Assembly: GCA_028534125.1 (NCBI GenBank)
Contig: CM052818.1
Location: forward strand, 20,524,001-20,588,000
Direction of reading: 5' to 3'
Length of the DNA: 64,000 nucleotides
From: Lama glama
Lineage: Eukaryota
Shown: one piece after another, positions 11,991 through 24,480 of the stretch
Position numbering within the stretch: position 1 is the stretch's first letter
Layout of the letters: each line of letters starts with the position of its first letter
Made by a program: the position numbers and the translations under genes
The notes under the pieces: model-generated
The model's database searches: none
Seen by the model: only the letters and a program-made list of their open reading frames with translations
Told to the model about the DNA's origin: nothing

Positions 11991-14169
11991 AAACCTAGTA
12001 AGCTTCCATATGACCACGCTAGGCTGTGCCCCAGGAGCAAGCCAGATGTGTAAAGTCAGCACTCTGCAGGCACGGAGGCTGTGGCAGCCTCCAGAGTGTG
12101 AAGTAAGCCTGCCCACCCCCGGGCAGTACGAAGGAAAAGCCAGCAATCCAATGGACATACGCTGGAAATGCAAAGCGTGGTCTGTGTCAGCTGAGCCTGA
12201 CACCCTGCCCTCCCGCATCCCGGGGGCTGTGACTTTCTGGCTGGCATCGGTTGTACAAAAACTCCACCGGCCCAAGACCGGATCCAGCTGCCCAGAGCAC
12301 ACAGATCTCAGTGACTCTGTGGCTGCCAGAGGCAGAGCTGGGCGAGCCCTCAGAGGTGGACCTGGGCTCAGGGCACAACCTGGGAAATAAACAAAATGCA
12401 GCCAGGGGAAGGTACGGAAAACCTCAAGTTCTTTGCCACAGACAGATGGAAGATGCCCTCTTCAGAAGCCTGCAGGGAGCACCAAACCAAACAACTGGGG
12501 GAGGAAGGGGACATAGGGAGGTGCCACCAGGGCCCACTCATGGCTGTCTTTCTGCCCTGACCCCTGCCACCACTCCCATCGTGATTTTATCACTGGATGA
12601 ATATCCTAGAGAGTGTCACAGAGCCTAGCACCCAATTACTCAAATATGAGAAAATCCACCATTTGCTTCTCACAAGTCAGGTTACTCTCTGATTCTTTAA
12701 TTCACAAACCTATGGGTGAATCACAGGTTTCCTAACTCAAGGAGACCCAAAGCTTGCAAGAGCCTTTCTGAGAAAGTGAATTCAATAGCTCAGCCACTTG
12801 GTATGAAATATTTTCCAACAATTCCAACTTCTTTTCATCCTTAAAGAGCAGAGGATCAAAGTTCTTGCTGATAAACCTGGCAGCCCCAGGTGTATGATTT
12901 GGGGCCGTGGGAAGGATGTGGTTGTTGGGCCAACTTCTCAAACCTCAAGAATCGCAGTCCTGGGAATTCACTCCAACGCTCAGAGCCCTGGTTGAGCTCA
13001 CTTTGCTCTTTGCCAGGTCACCTGGGGCACAAGGCCTGACGGTGGGGAGTCACCTCAGTGGGAGCTTGGGCTCTTGCGGGACAATTTCCCATTGGTCTTT
13101 GTCTCCCCAGGCCTAGCATGGCACCTAGGCAAGTGGGGGGGGGGGTCGGGGGAACAGATGTCACTTACAGAGAAGGGACCACCAGGACCCAGTCAGAAGA
13201 CTCAAGAGAAACTTCACTTATCTGGTGTTATATTTCATTTGGGCTGTTATATATCGATCGTAGGACCTCTTAAAGGGGATAAGGAAAATTATTTACATGA
13301 GCCTATGTTTTGCATGAGGGAATCATTGCCAAAATTCAAAGTAAAGGATCAACTCTCTTTACAGAGAGAGAAGGTTTAAAAGCAAACACTCCTAACCAGG
13401 AGAGAAAAGGGGAGTTGGTCTTCTGAGAAATATTTAACCCTGATTATGCAACTCATTGAGCAAATGACACAGATTCATACCTGCAACCCCACGGCCTCCC
13501 CAGCTGCACCCCTACTACCACCTCAATGGCCAAACCATCTTAGTTAACCCAGTTGAAAGTGCAAAGCCCGGAGAGCACAAAGCTCTCTGCTGCCTGGAGT
13601 CCTTACAGGGCATCCAACCCAGGAAGAAGGAACCGAGTAGCCATGCAGAGTTGGGGACCCTTGGCAGTTACCCTTCACTTCCACTCTCAACAAGAAACTC
13701 ATCCACAGACAACCCCAACAGTGCAGGCAGGATGTGGGGAGCTCCAGTGGGCTTACACCTCTGACCTTATCTACTGGGGCCACAATTGGGTGCATGATTT
13801 GGGCTGGCTTCTCATTTTCCCCAAGAGCTATAGCACTTCCCTCCTGAGTTGGCTCAAATTTCACTCTTGGGAAACCAGCTGATCTCAGAATGCCATGGGC
13901 CATCCCCAAACTACAAAATTACTCTTCTCCCTTCTGGAGATGACAGGACCCCTAGCTTCCCTGTCTCCCTGTGCCTTTGTACACACACATACTTGATACA
14001 CACAATAACTGATCTATGCTGACTTTACACAATAACTTCTGAAAAGGCACAAAGAACTTGGAAAAAGAGCACTCTGGACTAGTGCCAGAACATGCTGCAG
14101 CCCGTTCTCTCAGGCCCTTCACCTGGAGCCATCTCTGGGTCCTCCCGCACTTGACCCCTCAGATCTCAT

Positions 14170-14805
14170 CAGTCACTGAGCCCTGAAATCCTTCTTCATC
14201 AGCTCCTGTGTCTTCCCTTTGGTTCCATTCCCACCCCTGGTGCTAGTCTTCATAGAATCCACCTGATAGCCCCTACATCTTTCCTTATTCTCAGCGCTAG
14301 TCCACCCCACTGAAAGCCCAACCAATTGATGTACAATAAAGTCATCATTATGACACCTTTCACGAAAACTTCCCTCTGTCCACAGGATGACATTCGGTTC
14401 CTCAACATGGCAGCCTGCTTCCTCTGCACTGTCCCCTGTGTTCCTCTTATTCCTTATTTGCCACTGCAAATGCCCAGCACTCCAGCCAGGCTCACTGAGC
14501 CACCATCTTGCCCAAGCACCCCAACTTGTGCCTTCCACCGGGCTCCAACACATTCCTTCCTGGGACCCAGCCTGACACCTCCTGTCTCCTTCAGCGTTCT
14601 CCATCTGAGCCACTCCTCTGGCACTGAGCATCATTTAAGCTGTCGGGAACTCGCTTCTCCCTGGTATTACTGATCTTTTCAAGCTTTTCAAGGGCATCAT
14701 CTACTCTATATTCCGTCTTCCCCACCCCACCCCCATCTCCATCCCTCAGCTTCTAGGGCCTAGCAAAGCACCCCACAAAGGAGCTCTTCAATAAACATCT
14801 ATTTT
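14170..14805 (+). mobile_element. L2 LINE fragment
   Basis: Pyrimidine-rich body ending in gcctagcaaagcacc...ctcttcaataaacatct, an L2-like 3' end. Confidence 0.55.
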
Positions 14806-15589
14806 TTGCTTGCTTCTACTCCAGGCTGTGATTCTCTATCTTTTCCTTTAGCATCTGTAACTTAGGAGAGAGAATTACTTCAACTTCTAGGTGTTCAATG
14901 TTAAGTAAAGTGACTCTGGACATAAACAATAATTTTAAAATGCTACATCTCCTTTCCATCAATCAGTTTCAAATATTACAAGAAAGTAGTGTGCCTCCAG
15001 CCTATGAAATTATTTCAGGGCATGGGGGTGGGGAGGGAGGGGAGCTCGAAGGGGTGAATTATCCCAGATTAGCCTTAGAAGTTCTGAACATAGAGGCTTC
15101 CCCACCTCCCTGCCCTGAGCTTGGACCCCTCAACCCTCGAGGCTCTGTGCAGTCTTGTGTAAGATGATCTGTCACTGGACCTAAACAAGCTCTCTGGAGG
15201 TGATGGAGCTGGAGCTAGGACCTCAGAGGACTGCAGCTTGTTGTCATTGAGGGAGAAGAGCCCAAAGGCCAGGTTTCTCACCCTGGCCTCTGCCACTCAG
15301 GTCCACATGACCCAGGACAATCTCTCCGAGCCTTAATTGCCTCAACTGTAAACTCCCACAAGGGCAGGAAAGAGATGTGCAACAATTATGCATCAACCAG
15401 GATGTTAAGAATAATTCCGAACTCCACAAATGAAAACAACAAAGAGGTCAGTTTGAAAACTTCAACGGCCTTTGGGTGCTAAATTGAGACTCAGTGACCA
15501 AAGGTCCCCTAGGCACCTCACTTCCAAATAACAAAATTAAAATCTCCAGCTCTGTAATTCCTACTTCACAAGTCACAACTTCCCTTGCT

Positions 15590-15965
15590 GGCATGTAATA
15601 TTCTTTAAACTCAGCCCCTGCTGGAATTTCCAGCTCTTTCTCCCACCCCCTTATGCTTCAGCCGTAATGCCCTCTGACTATTTCCGGCTCTTCACGTCCC
15701 GCCCTCCCTTCCTCAGCACAGTTTGTTCCTTCCAAACCACCCCCCACCTAAAAAGCCCAAACGAAATCTACCTAAACTTTCAGGCTCTCCTCCACCTGAA
15801 TCTGCTCCCCTTCTCAATACTAGGGTCCCTTCTCAGTGCTGGGGTCCGTCCTCACCTATTTCCTTCTCACTCATCCCTGGGGAGGCCCCTCTCTCCACCA
15901 AGAGCACATGGAGCACTGCCGGGCCCTTGAAAAGGGCTCAACAAACTCTTGTGTGTTAAATGATG
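15590..15965 (+). mobile_element. L2 LINE fragment
   Basis: Pyrimidine-rich body ending in gggctcaacaaactcttgtgtgttaaatga. Confidence 0.45.
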
Positions 15966-16769
15966 CAATACCAAGAAGAATGGAAACTCCATGATGTTTC
16001 CATTACATTCAGCTGGAAAATCCCATTGAAGATTCACTCCTTCAGTCCAACCCCATTAAAACAGCCTCCTTTATTTTGCTGCTGAGCTCATCTCAGTCCT
16101 GTAAAAGTGCTGCATGCAAGTTCCATCTGCATTCCCCAGACCAGTGATCACTTCCAACCCCCATGAAACTCCCTATTACTTTTCAGAGAAGCAGCCACCC
16201 CAGTTCCATACATTATGAAGGCAGCAGGCTAGGCAATGACATGGTCCCTCCCCGTCTTGATGCAATTATTTCCTTGTGTTGTTGCTTCCCTGCAGTCTTA
16301 CCATTGTTCTTCATTTACCCAGAGAGCTAGGTCCGAGGCTTTAGAGGAAAAATGAATTATGACTTGCTTTACATTCCATGCCCAGCTCACCAACAAGGGT
16401 TTGAAAGCATAAGGCTCTCAAGGCTCTGAGGTGAACAGTTTCACAAACCAGCTTGTCATCCGGAACTAACCTCCGTCCTCCAACCTCCCACATCCTATTT
16501 GTACTATGCATGTGCTGGACTCCCATCCCCAGCCTGGAACATGAAAAACCACATAGTAACAACGAGCCAGCCTGGCAGAGAGTGAGCCAGAAGAAGAAAA
16601 TCATCACTGACTCTGCAGGCTTGCGGGAGCAGAACGGCCACCCAGCTCCGTGGCTGTAACAGCTCAAAACGTGAATCCACACAAGAGCTGGACTCCTTCC
16701 TGACCGTCCCAGAAGAAAGGCAGTGTTCTGAGCCGCATGAGTTCTTAAGACAAGATGAAAAGTCATACT

Positions 16770-16970
16770 ATGTTAGCGCAGGTAGTGGACTTGGGAGCCA
16801 GCCTTCCCAGGAACCAGCTCCGCTTAGTAGCAGTGTGACCCTGGGCAAGTCAATCATTCCTCATTCTCAATCTGCAAACTGGGGGTAACAACAGTACCTA
16901 CCTCACAGCATTGTTGTCAATTTGTATAAAATGCATAGAAACTATGCCTGCCAGAGTAAATATTTATTAA
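16770..16970 (+). mobile_element. MIR SINE
   Basis: gcagtgtgaccctgggcaagtc...gtacctacctcacag core. Confidence 0.7.
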
Positions 16971-17404
16971 TAGTATCAACATCATCAGCTGCATCATTAT
17001 GGTTATTATTATCACTTCCTCTCCTTTGCTTTATTTAGGCAGGAGAGCAAATGCCTCAGCCCCAACACAGATCTTCCTGTCACTGGAGACTACACTCCAA
17101 ATTCCTTTTCCTCCCTGCCTCCTTTTCTATCCTCTCACATCTCAGACGTTAAATATCCATTCAAACATTTAAACCATCACAGTGAACAGTTCTCACTTGC
17201 TTCTCTCCTCAGCCAACGCCCCAGATTCTCACGAGCTACTAGATACACTTGGTGGCAAATTCAAGAATGTTTATACAGGTTTTTATCATTATATGTGTTT
17301 TGGAAACATGAGTGGTGAGTGCTGAAGCAGGACAAAAGAGAAAGCAAGGCATTAAAAAGATCAAAAATAGGTCTCTGCCTCCTAGTTTTAAAACTGCCGT
17401 GGTC

Positions 17405-17555
17405 CAGGAAGTATATTCAATAACTTGTAATAATCTATAATGGAAAAGAATATGAAAAGGAATATATTTATGTGTATAATCGAATTGCTATGCTGTACAC
17501 CAGAAACTAACACAACATTGTAAATCAACTATACTTCTATTAAAAAAAAATCCAA
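17405..17555 (+). mobile_element. LINE-1 3' UTR end (cetartiodactyl/camelid type)
   Basis: gaaaagaatatgaaaaggaatatat...gctgtacaccagaaactaacacaacattgtaaatcaactatacttc + poly(A). Degenerate TSD aaaactgccgtggtc / aaaacctgcagtggtc. Confidence 0.85.
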
Positions 17556-18113
17556 AAAACCTGCAGTGGTCAGTCTCCACCAAAGCCAGAGGGTCGTTGA
17601 GTCTTCTGTTCTGAATTCAAACGGTCAGCTCAAAGAGCTGGCCAGGGAAGGAGATAAGGCAGATGGGAAAAACTGAGGATGAAAGCAGGGTAAACAGTTG
17701 AATCACAAAGTGTAAGATGAGCCCTTTAGATGTCCTCGTTTAATAACATAGTTTCTGAGACTCGCTCATCAGAATTCTGTCCTTTCTAAGCAAACATCTG
17801 TTATGGTGACTGAGACCCAGGGCAGTTTATTCTTTCTTTGCTAAAACTTCCATTGGAGTATTGATCTCGTAAATGTTATCCTTATGGCTCAGATGAAAGT
17901 CAACGCTCAAATCCAGAAGTGGGTGTGGGGCAGCCAGACCATCCGTCCTCTGAAGCCAAAGAGAAATCTACAAGTTGCAGGATTGATTTCTGTTTACGCC
18001 TTCAATCCCAAATATTTGGAAGGAACACTTTGATGTAACAAAACCATGTCCTACGAATGCCAAAAAATAAAAACAGAACCTCAATTTCCATGTAACAGAC
18101 AATAAAGTGTTAC

Positions 18114-18156
18114 CTTAAGGACTGCTTGGTTATGCAAAGTGACTGCGAAATCCCTA
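18114..18156 (-). other. Candidate small exon (43 nt, or 40 nt with NAGNAG acceptor)
   Basis: Minus strand ttttctccctgggttcag|tag|GGATTTCGCAGTCACTTTGCATAACCAAGCAGTCCTTAAG|gtaaca. The frame in register with the donor is open (RDFAVTLHNQAVLK). Confidence 0.25.
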
Positions 18157-18668
18157 CTGAACCCAGGGAGAAAATCCCGGAATCATCAATGTCTGACCTT
18201 TCCTCCTGTCATACTCTGAAGACCAAGCTCTGCATGGCTCCAGGGCTAACAAGGGGAAATTCCAGGGAGGCTGAACCCCTCCTGAGTCCTACACAGCTGG
18301 ATGAAACCCTGCCTCTTGCTTGCCCAGAACCCTGCGTGCAGCCGGTGAGCCGACCCCCTCCTCCCAGCTCTGCAGGCAGGTAGACCTAGCACGGTCTTTG
18401 CCTGAAAACGCAGGGCTCCATTCCTGGCTTCTTCCTTGTGAACGAGGTGGTGTCAGACAGGCCACTACATTCCAGTCGAGCCTCAAGATCAGTGGAGTTT
18501 GAGGGTTATTTGAGGAGTTTAAAAGATAACATATTTGAAAGTTGGTACTTGGCAAACTGTAAAGCCCTATTACATGTAACCTACAACACCCAAATAAGAA
18601 GTTAGCTACTGCACTATTATTCAAAAAGACAGAGCGCAGCAGGCCAGACAGAGGGCACGTTCCTACCC

Positions 18669-18671
<3 letters not shown>

Positions 18672-18702
<31 letters not shown>
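18672..18702. repeat. (AC)15 microsatellite
   Basis: Directly visible. Confidence 0.95.
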
Positions 18703-18703
<1 letters not shown>

Positions 18704-18954
18704 TCCCTGCAGACATTCTGTCATTTGAGTGATTCCCTTACAGAACAATCTTGCCCCTCTCCACTTTCTATGTCCCTGTGGACTTTTAGTAATACTATTA
18801 CTAAAGTTCACAACAGTAACTGTAACAAAGAGAAACAAAACAGAACAAAAATGACCATAATCTCACTACCCGTAGGTAATTTGCAATATATATTTTCCAG
18901 CCTTTCATAGCTGTCTGTGTGTGTATGAATATGTATGTACGAGCGATTTTTAAT

Positions 18955-19185
18955 AGTAGTCACTAACATGTATTGAATACTTTTTCTGTGCCAGGTACTC
19001 GACTAACCACTTCACGTTTTCAGTCGTTTAATCCTCTCAGCAAACTCGAAGTGGACACTCCTCATCGTTCGTTTTACAGAAGAGGAAACTGAAACTCAGA
19101 GAAGTTAAGAAACAGGTCCAAGGTCACACAGCTTGTAAATGGCAGAGCCTGGGTTCAAACCCAGGCAGAGTCCACTCAGTCACTA
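18955..19185 (-). mobile_element. MIR SINE
   Basis: ttttacagaagaggaaactgaaactcagagaagttaag...caaggtcacacagc...gggttcaaacccaggcag. Confidence 0.85.
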
Positions 19186-19199
19186 AACCAAAAGTAAAT

Positions 19200-19620
19200 T
19201 ATGACCTGCAAATTTTGCTGATTAATATATTTTGAAAATCTTTGCATTTTATTCACTATGTTTTCTCTTATCATAAATACATAGTCTTCCATAATATTGC
19301 TGAGCCAAGTTTTAATACATTGTTTAACTTGACTCTTTTGGGAGTATCTATAACATACTCCTATTTGGGCTATTTATTTTCTAGTTTTTCAATACTTTAA
19401 ATAACAGTAAAAAGAACATCCTTTGTACACATTTTGGTCATTCTTACCTAGAAGTGGAATTGCTGAGTCAAGAGAAATGCATATTTTTAAAGTCCTTGCT
19501 ATTTTTTGCCAAATTTCCCTCCTGAAAGACTTCATCAATTATACTCCCACTTGCAGCATATAAATACATTCTTACATCTTCATCACCACTAGGTAGTAGT
19601 ATTATTTCGTGCTCTAAAAC
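19200..19620 (-). mobile_element. L1ME-type fragment
   Basis: cctagaagtggaattgctgagtcaa...tgccaaatttccctcc...ttatactcccac. Confidence 0.65.
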
Positions 19621-20599
19621 ATTCTCTTTTCAAGTGCAACACCTCAGAAAGGAATTAAACCGAACCCTTCATTCATACCTTGGGCCAGTTCATCCTCTGA
19701 CACTTGGGAAAAGGGAGATGGAGGACCGACAGGAAGATCAAGGACGTCAGAAGCAATCAGTGGGCAGGGAGGGGGCATCTGATGGATGGGGTGGGGTGCA
19801 GTACGGCATGGGGAGAGGCAGGGGACAGGAGCAGGGTTGCAGATGATGGGACAGAAGAGGAAGCAAGAACATTCCAAAAACAAAGTCCTGGCACTTGAAA
19901 AATAATTATAATAATAAAATGGCAGGAACCAAATGATAAGGAAAGGAAGATTAATTGAAAACATAACAAACAAAAGCCAGGAGTTTCACAAGAAGTTTGG
20001 ATTCTGGCCAGCGCTGGATCACTTCTGTCTAGTTGACACAGAACAGCCGGTACACCTCTAGGTGTGAGCGAGCATGAGGTGCTGGGTTATCCACCTGTGT
20101 GCTACAGCCTGGAGGAAGGGCCCCTAGTCTCATCCCCAAGAAAAATCATTAAATGATTTCCTAGTTCCAGAGGGTGTCCCTAAAACACTAAACCTCACAG
20201 TAGTCCAGGAGATAGAGAGCAAATTCCACTCAGCCTGGTCATTTGGGACAAACTCTCCTTCCCCATTTACAAGTCGGTCTGGGACTCAAGGAAGAGGCAA
20301 GTGGGGCCTTTAAAGCAGAATCCTGAGATCAGACACTCAAGGAGGGGAAAGCCTCACATCAAACCTCCATATTACTCAGTGCCAGGCAATGACAGTGGTA
20401 GGAATTTCAGTAGTGGTGATAATTAGCAAATAGATGAATAAATACAAATATAAATAAAGATGTGTCTTTTCAGTACTCTTCACGGACCAAGAGAAAATGG
20501 TTACATGGGAGACTCTTCTTCACCTAGGATGTGTCTTGCCTTAATTGGCAGATTCATGGAGGTGCCCTCATCTCACTTGGATGCCTAGTGTTCACATCT

Positions 20600-20730
20600 G
20601 TCATCCCAGCGCAGGCACTGGACTGGAGGGACGTGTAACATCGCTCCCGTTCTTCAGATGAGAAATCGAAACTTGAGGATGATTTACCCAAGATTATCTA
20701 ACTGGAAAGTGGCAGAGGCACTAGCTCTAA
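20600..20730 (-). mobile_element. MIR SINE
   Basis: cagatgagaaatcg...atttacccaag...aagtggcagag. Confidence 0.5.
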
Positions 20731-21104
20731 CACTAGTAACTGCCAGCAGTGGTGATTTTCCACTCCTCCTCCATGTCATTCCTCAACAATGTCCCCTAGT
20801 TCCTCCTTATAAATAAAGTAGTATCTTTGCTGGAATATTCTATGAATAAGACGCACTCCCTGCCTGGCGACTGGAGACTCTGGCTGAAAACTTCAGGTTA
20901 TTGACAATTGCCTGAAAGATTTTCACTTAGGCTGTCTCACTCATGAAGTGACTCAACAGGCAGTGCTTTTTGGCACTAACTAACTGAGGACAGGCCCTTT
21001 ACTGAGGGCCAGTGGAAGGACCCTAGGAAGAAAAGGACAAAGCATCCAAGGTTGGAAAGCTGAAAGGAAGCAATGAAATGCGAAGTAAGAACAGAAGCCT
21101 GAGA

Positions 21105-21400
21105 GGTGGAGGGTACAGCTCAGTGGTAGAGTGTGTGTCTGGCATGCACAAGGTCCTGGGTTCAATCCCCAGTGCCTCTGTTAATGCAAAATAAAATAAA
21201 ATAAAGGAAGAAGGCAACATAAACTTAATGGGTCAGTCCCCTATGCCTCTGTTAAGGGAAAAACAAAAAAGAAGGAAGAAAGTGACCTAAACTTTATTTT
21301 TTTTAACATTTTTTATTGATTTATAATCATTTTACAATGTTGTGTCAAATTCCAGTGTTCAGCACAATTTTTCAGTCATTCATAAACTTTAAAAAAAAAT
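21105..21400 (+). mobile_element. tRNA-Ala-derived SINE (camelid Vic-1-like) with extended tail and nested L1 fragment
   Basis: Head ggagggtacagctcagtggtagag...ggtcctgggttcaatccccagtgcctc has Pol III A and B boxes. A-rich tail. Flanking direct repeat agaagcctga at 21093-21102 and 21410-21419. Confidence 0.85.
21297..21382 (-). mobile_element. Young, severely 5'-truncated LINE-1 3' end
   Basis: ttttttttaacattttttattgatttataatcattttacaatgttgtgtcaaattccagtg is the reverse complement of an L1 3' terminus with poly(A). Perfect TSD taaacttta at 21288-21296 and 21383-21391. Confidence 0.8.
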
Positions 21401-24046
21401 GTTTCAAATAGAAGCCTGAAAGACTCAGTCAAGGGAGAGGATGGACTTGTTGGGGCGTCTGGGAAGGTACCACCTGAGCTCTGGAGCACAGAGGATTCAA
21501 AACCCCTGGAATCACCGCCTGACTGCTATGCACACATTTCGAAGAAGACATGGTCTTGTTTTGGCTCTAGTACTAGCACTTTACCAAATGCATTTTTTGC
21601 TAAACACTGTTAAAAAAAAATAGTCTTGACCCTGAGCCGTCAAAGAATGAGCAGAGAGGGGTGGGGGGAAGCTGCTGTATCAAATTTCCTGCATAATCCT
21701 CTTATGAGATTAGTGCCCTCTTAAATGGTAATGAGGTTCTGGCTCAGGAATCAAATTATACCACTGGGTAATTCTCCCACGGGGGAGAGAGGGATGCTTA
21801 ATTATATGAAGTAGGGTGGAAACACAGACCTGTGATCCCCTGCTCTAAATGGCTACAGATGGAGCCATTTCAAACCAGGGGCATGGAGCTTTAGAGATGA
21901 AAGGAATTTAGAACCTAACCCAATGCCCTTGTAGGTTCGTTTCTGGAGAAGTCATATTGTCACAGCCTACAAGCCTGAGACATGGGGTGGAGTCCAAAAT
22001 CCCTTCTTGGGTTTACTCTGCTCTTCAGGGACCATCCAGACAAGTGCAGCCTGTGGCTGAGGTGCTATGAAAGCCCGCCTCTCTTCCCCCACTTTCCTCC
22101 CCCTCGCCTCTCCTCTCCCCTCCCTCCCCTCTCCAGAGAGTATAAAGTGCCCTGCAAGACATTGTCCAGGGCTAGGACATTTCAGCAACTCTGTTGCACC
22201 AAATATTCTTGGCGCCTAAGCACCTCCAGAATGTGCCTGAGGCCTGAAAGAATCAAGATGCCTGGCTCACACCCTCCAGCAACCAGGACCCCAGGAGAAT
22301 TGGGGCTGCACATTTCCTTTCAAACTGGCAGGGATGTGGGATTATCTATCCCTCTTTTTGCACATACAACTACATATTTTGTCCATGAGTTTTATTTGCC
22401 TTCCCAGTTTTCAGCACGAAAGATTCCTAAAATCCCACTGGAGGAGGAATGAGCTTGGACCCCAGCAGTTGTGCCAGGAATGGAAGCGGAGATCTGAACA
22501 GAGGCAGGGCTCTGACCTTCCCAGCTGCTGCCTGGCAAGGCTGCCATCCTCGTCCTCGAAGGGAGCACTTCTGCGGAGTCACCTGACAGCCCTCGGCTCC
22601 AGGGCAGGGGGACAGGAGCCACCCGGTTACTCAGGTTTGCTGGCTTCGCATCCTTCCTGGTGGGCTGAATTTGATCAAACCCACCCAGTTTGCCATTGCC
22701 GGTCTCCAGCTCTGGCTTCAAGATTCTTCTCAACCTGGCAGCAAAGTCATGCTAGGGTTCCCAGCCACCACGAGCCTCATCACCACGGCGAGGGGAATGC
22801 TACCCTCTACACCACCCCAACTTGCAATCAACTCACATCTCATCTTTTTCCTCAAATCAATCTCCTGGGGCATCTAATTATTCTGCTTACCCTAGGGGCT
22901 CTGTTCCCTGATAAGGGTCAGTTTTATACAGTTCATGTTGGATTCACAGAGACGATATTCATTGTCTGAGTTACTGTACCTGCTCTTGGAGGTTGAGAGT
23001 TCACAGATATGAAGCTAAACCCAGTTGTATTTATGCCCTAACAGTACAGAACCAGTGCAGACATTCTGCGCCACATGGTCCGTGGGCCATATTAGGTACT
23101 TTACATCAGCTCAGTGATTTCCAACACATAAGCTACAGGGTTATTTCCATTTACAGAGGAAAACTCCTAACAGCCCACAACTGGACCCTGCCTGCTCCCC
23201 ACCCCCCGCCCCCCGCCCCTTGCTGCGCTGCGTGGCCTCTGGGACTGGGACTTGGAGGACTCGAGTGCTGGGTCTGGCTTGGCCCAAGTCTCCGGATGAT
23301 TTCCTGGTACCTCCCTGGGCCCCAATTTTCTGTGAAAGGGAAGGGGTGGCTCTTGAGACCCCCTTCACGTCCCCACACATGTTTAGCAGGGGGCTGGGCA
23401 CACAGATAGAAAGAAAGGGGAGAACAAAACTGTCCCTCCCCCTCCTCTCTGCTCAGGGACAAACCCTATCGTCATCAGCACCTGCATCTGCTTTGTGCCC
23501 AAGAGTCACCATCTGCCCCCAGTCATTAACCCCGAGAGCCCCTTCCTGCTCATGCAGCCAGGGAATGACTTTTAGGCCCTTTTGAAAAAATGACCCATGG
23601 CTGGCCAGCCCTAAGGCCCTGGCGGAGAGAAGCCTGTAAGTCCATCCCAGGACCTCAGAGAAATGCCTCAGGAAGGTGTAATGGCTTCCTGGCTGGTGAT
23701 TAGCGTGCTGGATGAGATAATGCCACATTCCCTGAAGTTTTGCAGCCTGGAACTAAATGCCAAAAGCTTATGAACTCCATCCCCAACAAGGCTCATTCCT
23801 GGGCTACTCATGGGGCCAGGAAACCCCAGAAATGGAATTTCCAACAGCCATTTTCTGCTAACTGCCCTTCGTGGTTTTTTGCAACCAAGCTAAAAACTCT
23901 GCTTCAGATATTTGCTAACCTGCCAAAGCTTAATGACTTTAATATGTCCACTTGACATTTTATTCACCTGGTACACCATATTATTTTGCTAGTGTGCAAA
24001 TGGGTCTTTCCACCACCAGATTTTAAGTCACACAAGAGCAGAGAAT

Positions 24047-24151
24047 GGAGGGAGGGTAATAGCTCAGTAGTAGAGCATGTGCCCAGCAAGAACAAGGTCC
24101 TGGGTTCAATTCCCAGTACTGCCATTAAAAAAAAAAATGTTAAAAAAAAAA
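24047..24151 (+). mobile_element. Vic-1-like tRNA-derived SINE
   Basis: tagctcagtagtagag...ggtcctgggttcaattcccagtact followed by poly(A). TSD agcagagaa at 24037-24045 and 24152-24160. Confidence 0.9.
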
Positions 24152-24229
24152 AGCAGAGAACAATGCTATTAACACTCTGTGTCTCCATCCCATCGCCACC
24201 CCATGGGCTCCAGGCCCTGCCCTGGACAC

Positions 24230-24480
24230 TTTATAAATCAATAGCACATTTAATTACCAGCACCCGCTGAGGTAGGTGCTATTACTTTCATTTTAGAGCA
24301 TTTACCACGTGCCAGGTGTCATTATTATAACTGTTAACTCAATCCTTAAAACAAGCCTGAGTACTAATATCATGCCCATTGTACAGAAGAGGACACTGAG
24401 ACACGGGGCGGATAAGTCACTAGCCTGAGATCCCCAGCAGGTGGGAGGGGAGCCAGCAGTCATGAAGTTGTGATAGTCTT
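24230..24480 (-). mobile_element. MIR SINE fragments
   Basis: tgaggtaggtgctatta and cccattgtacagaagaggacactgagac. Confidence 0.65.

Noticed and set aside
22334..22969. 211-aa ORF
   Set aside because: No recognisable domain and no supporting exon structure.
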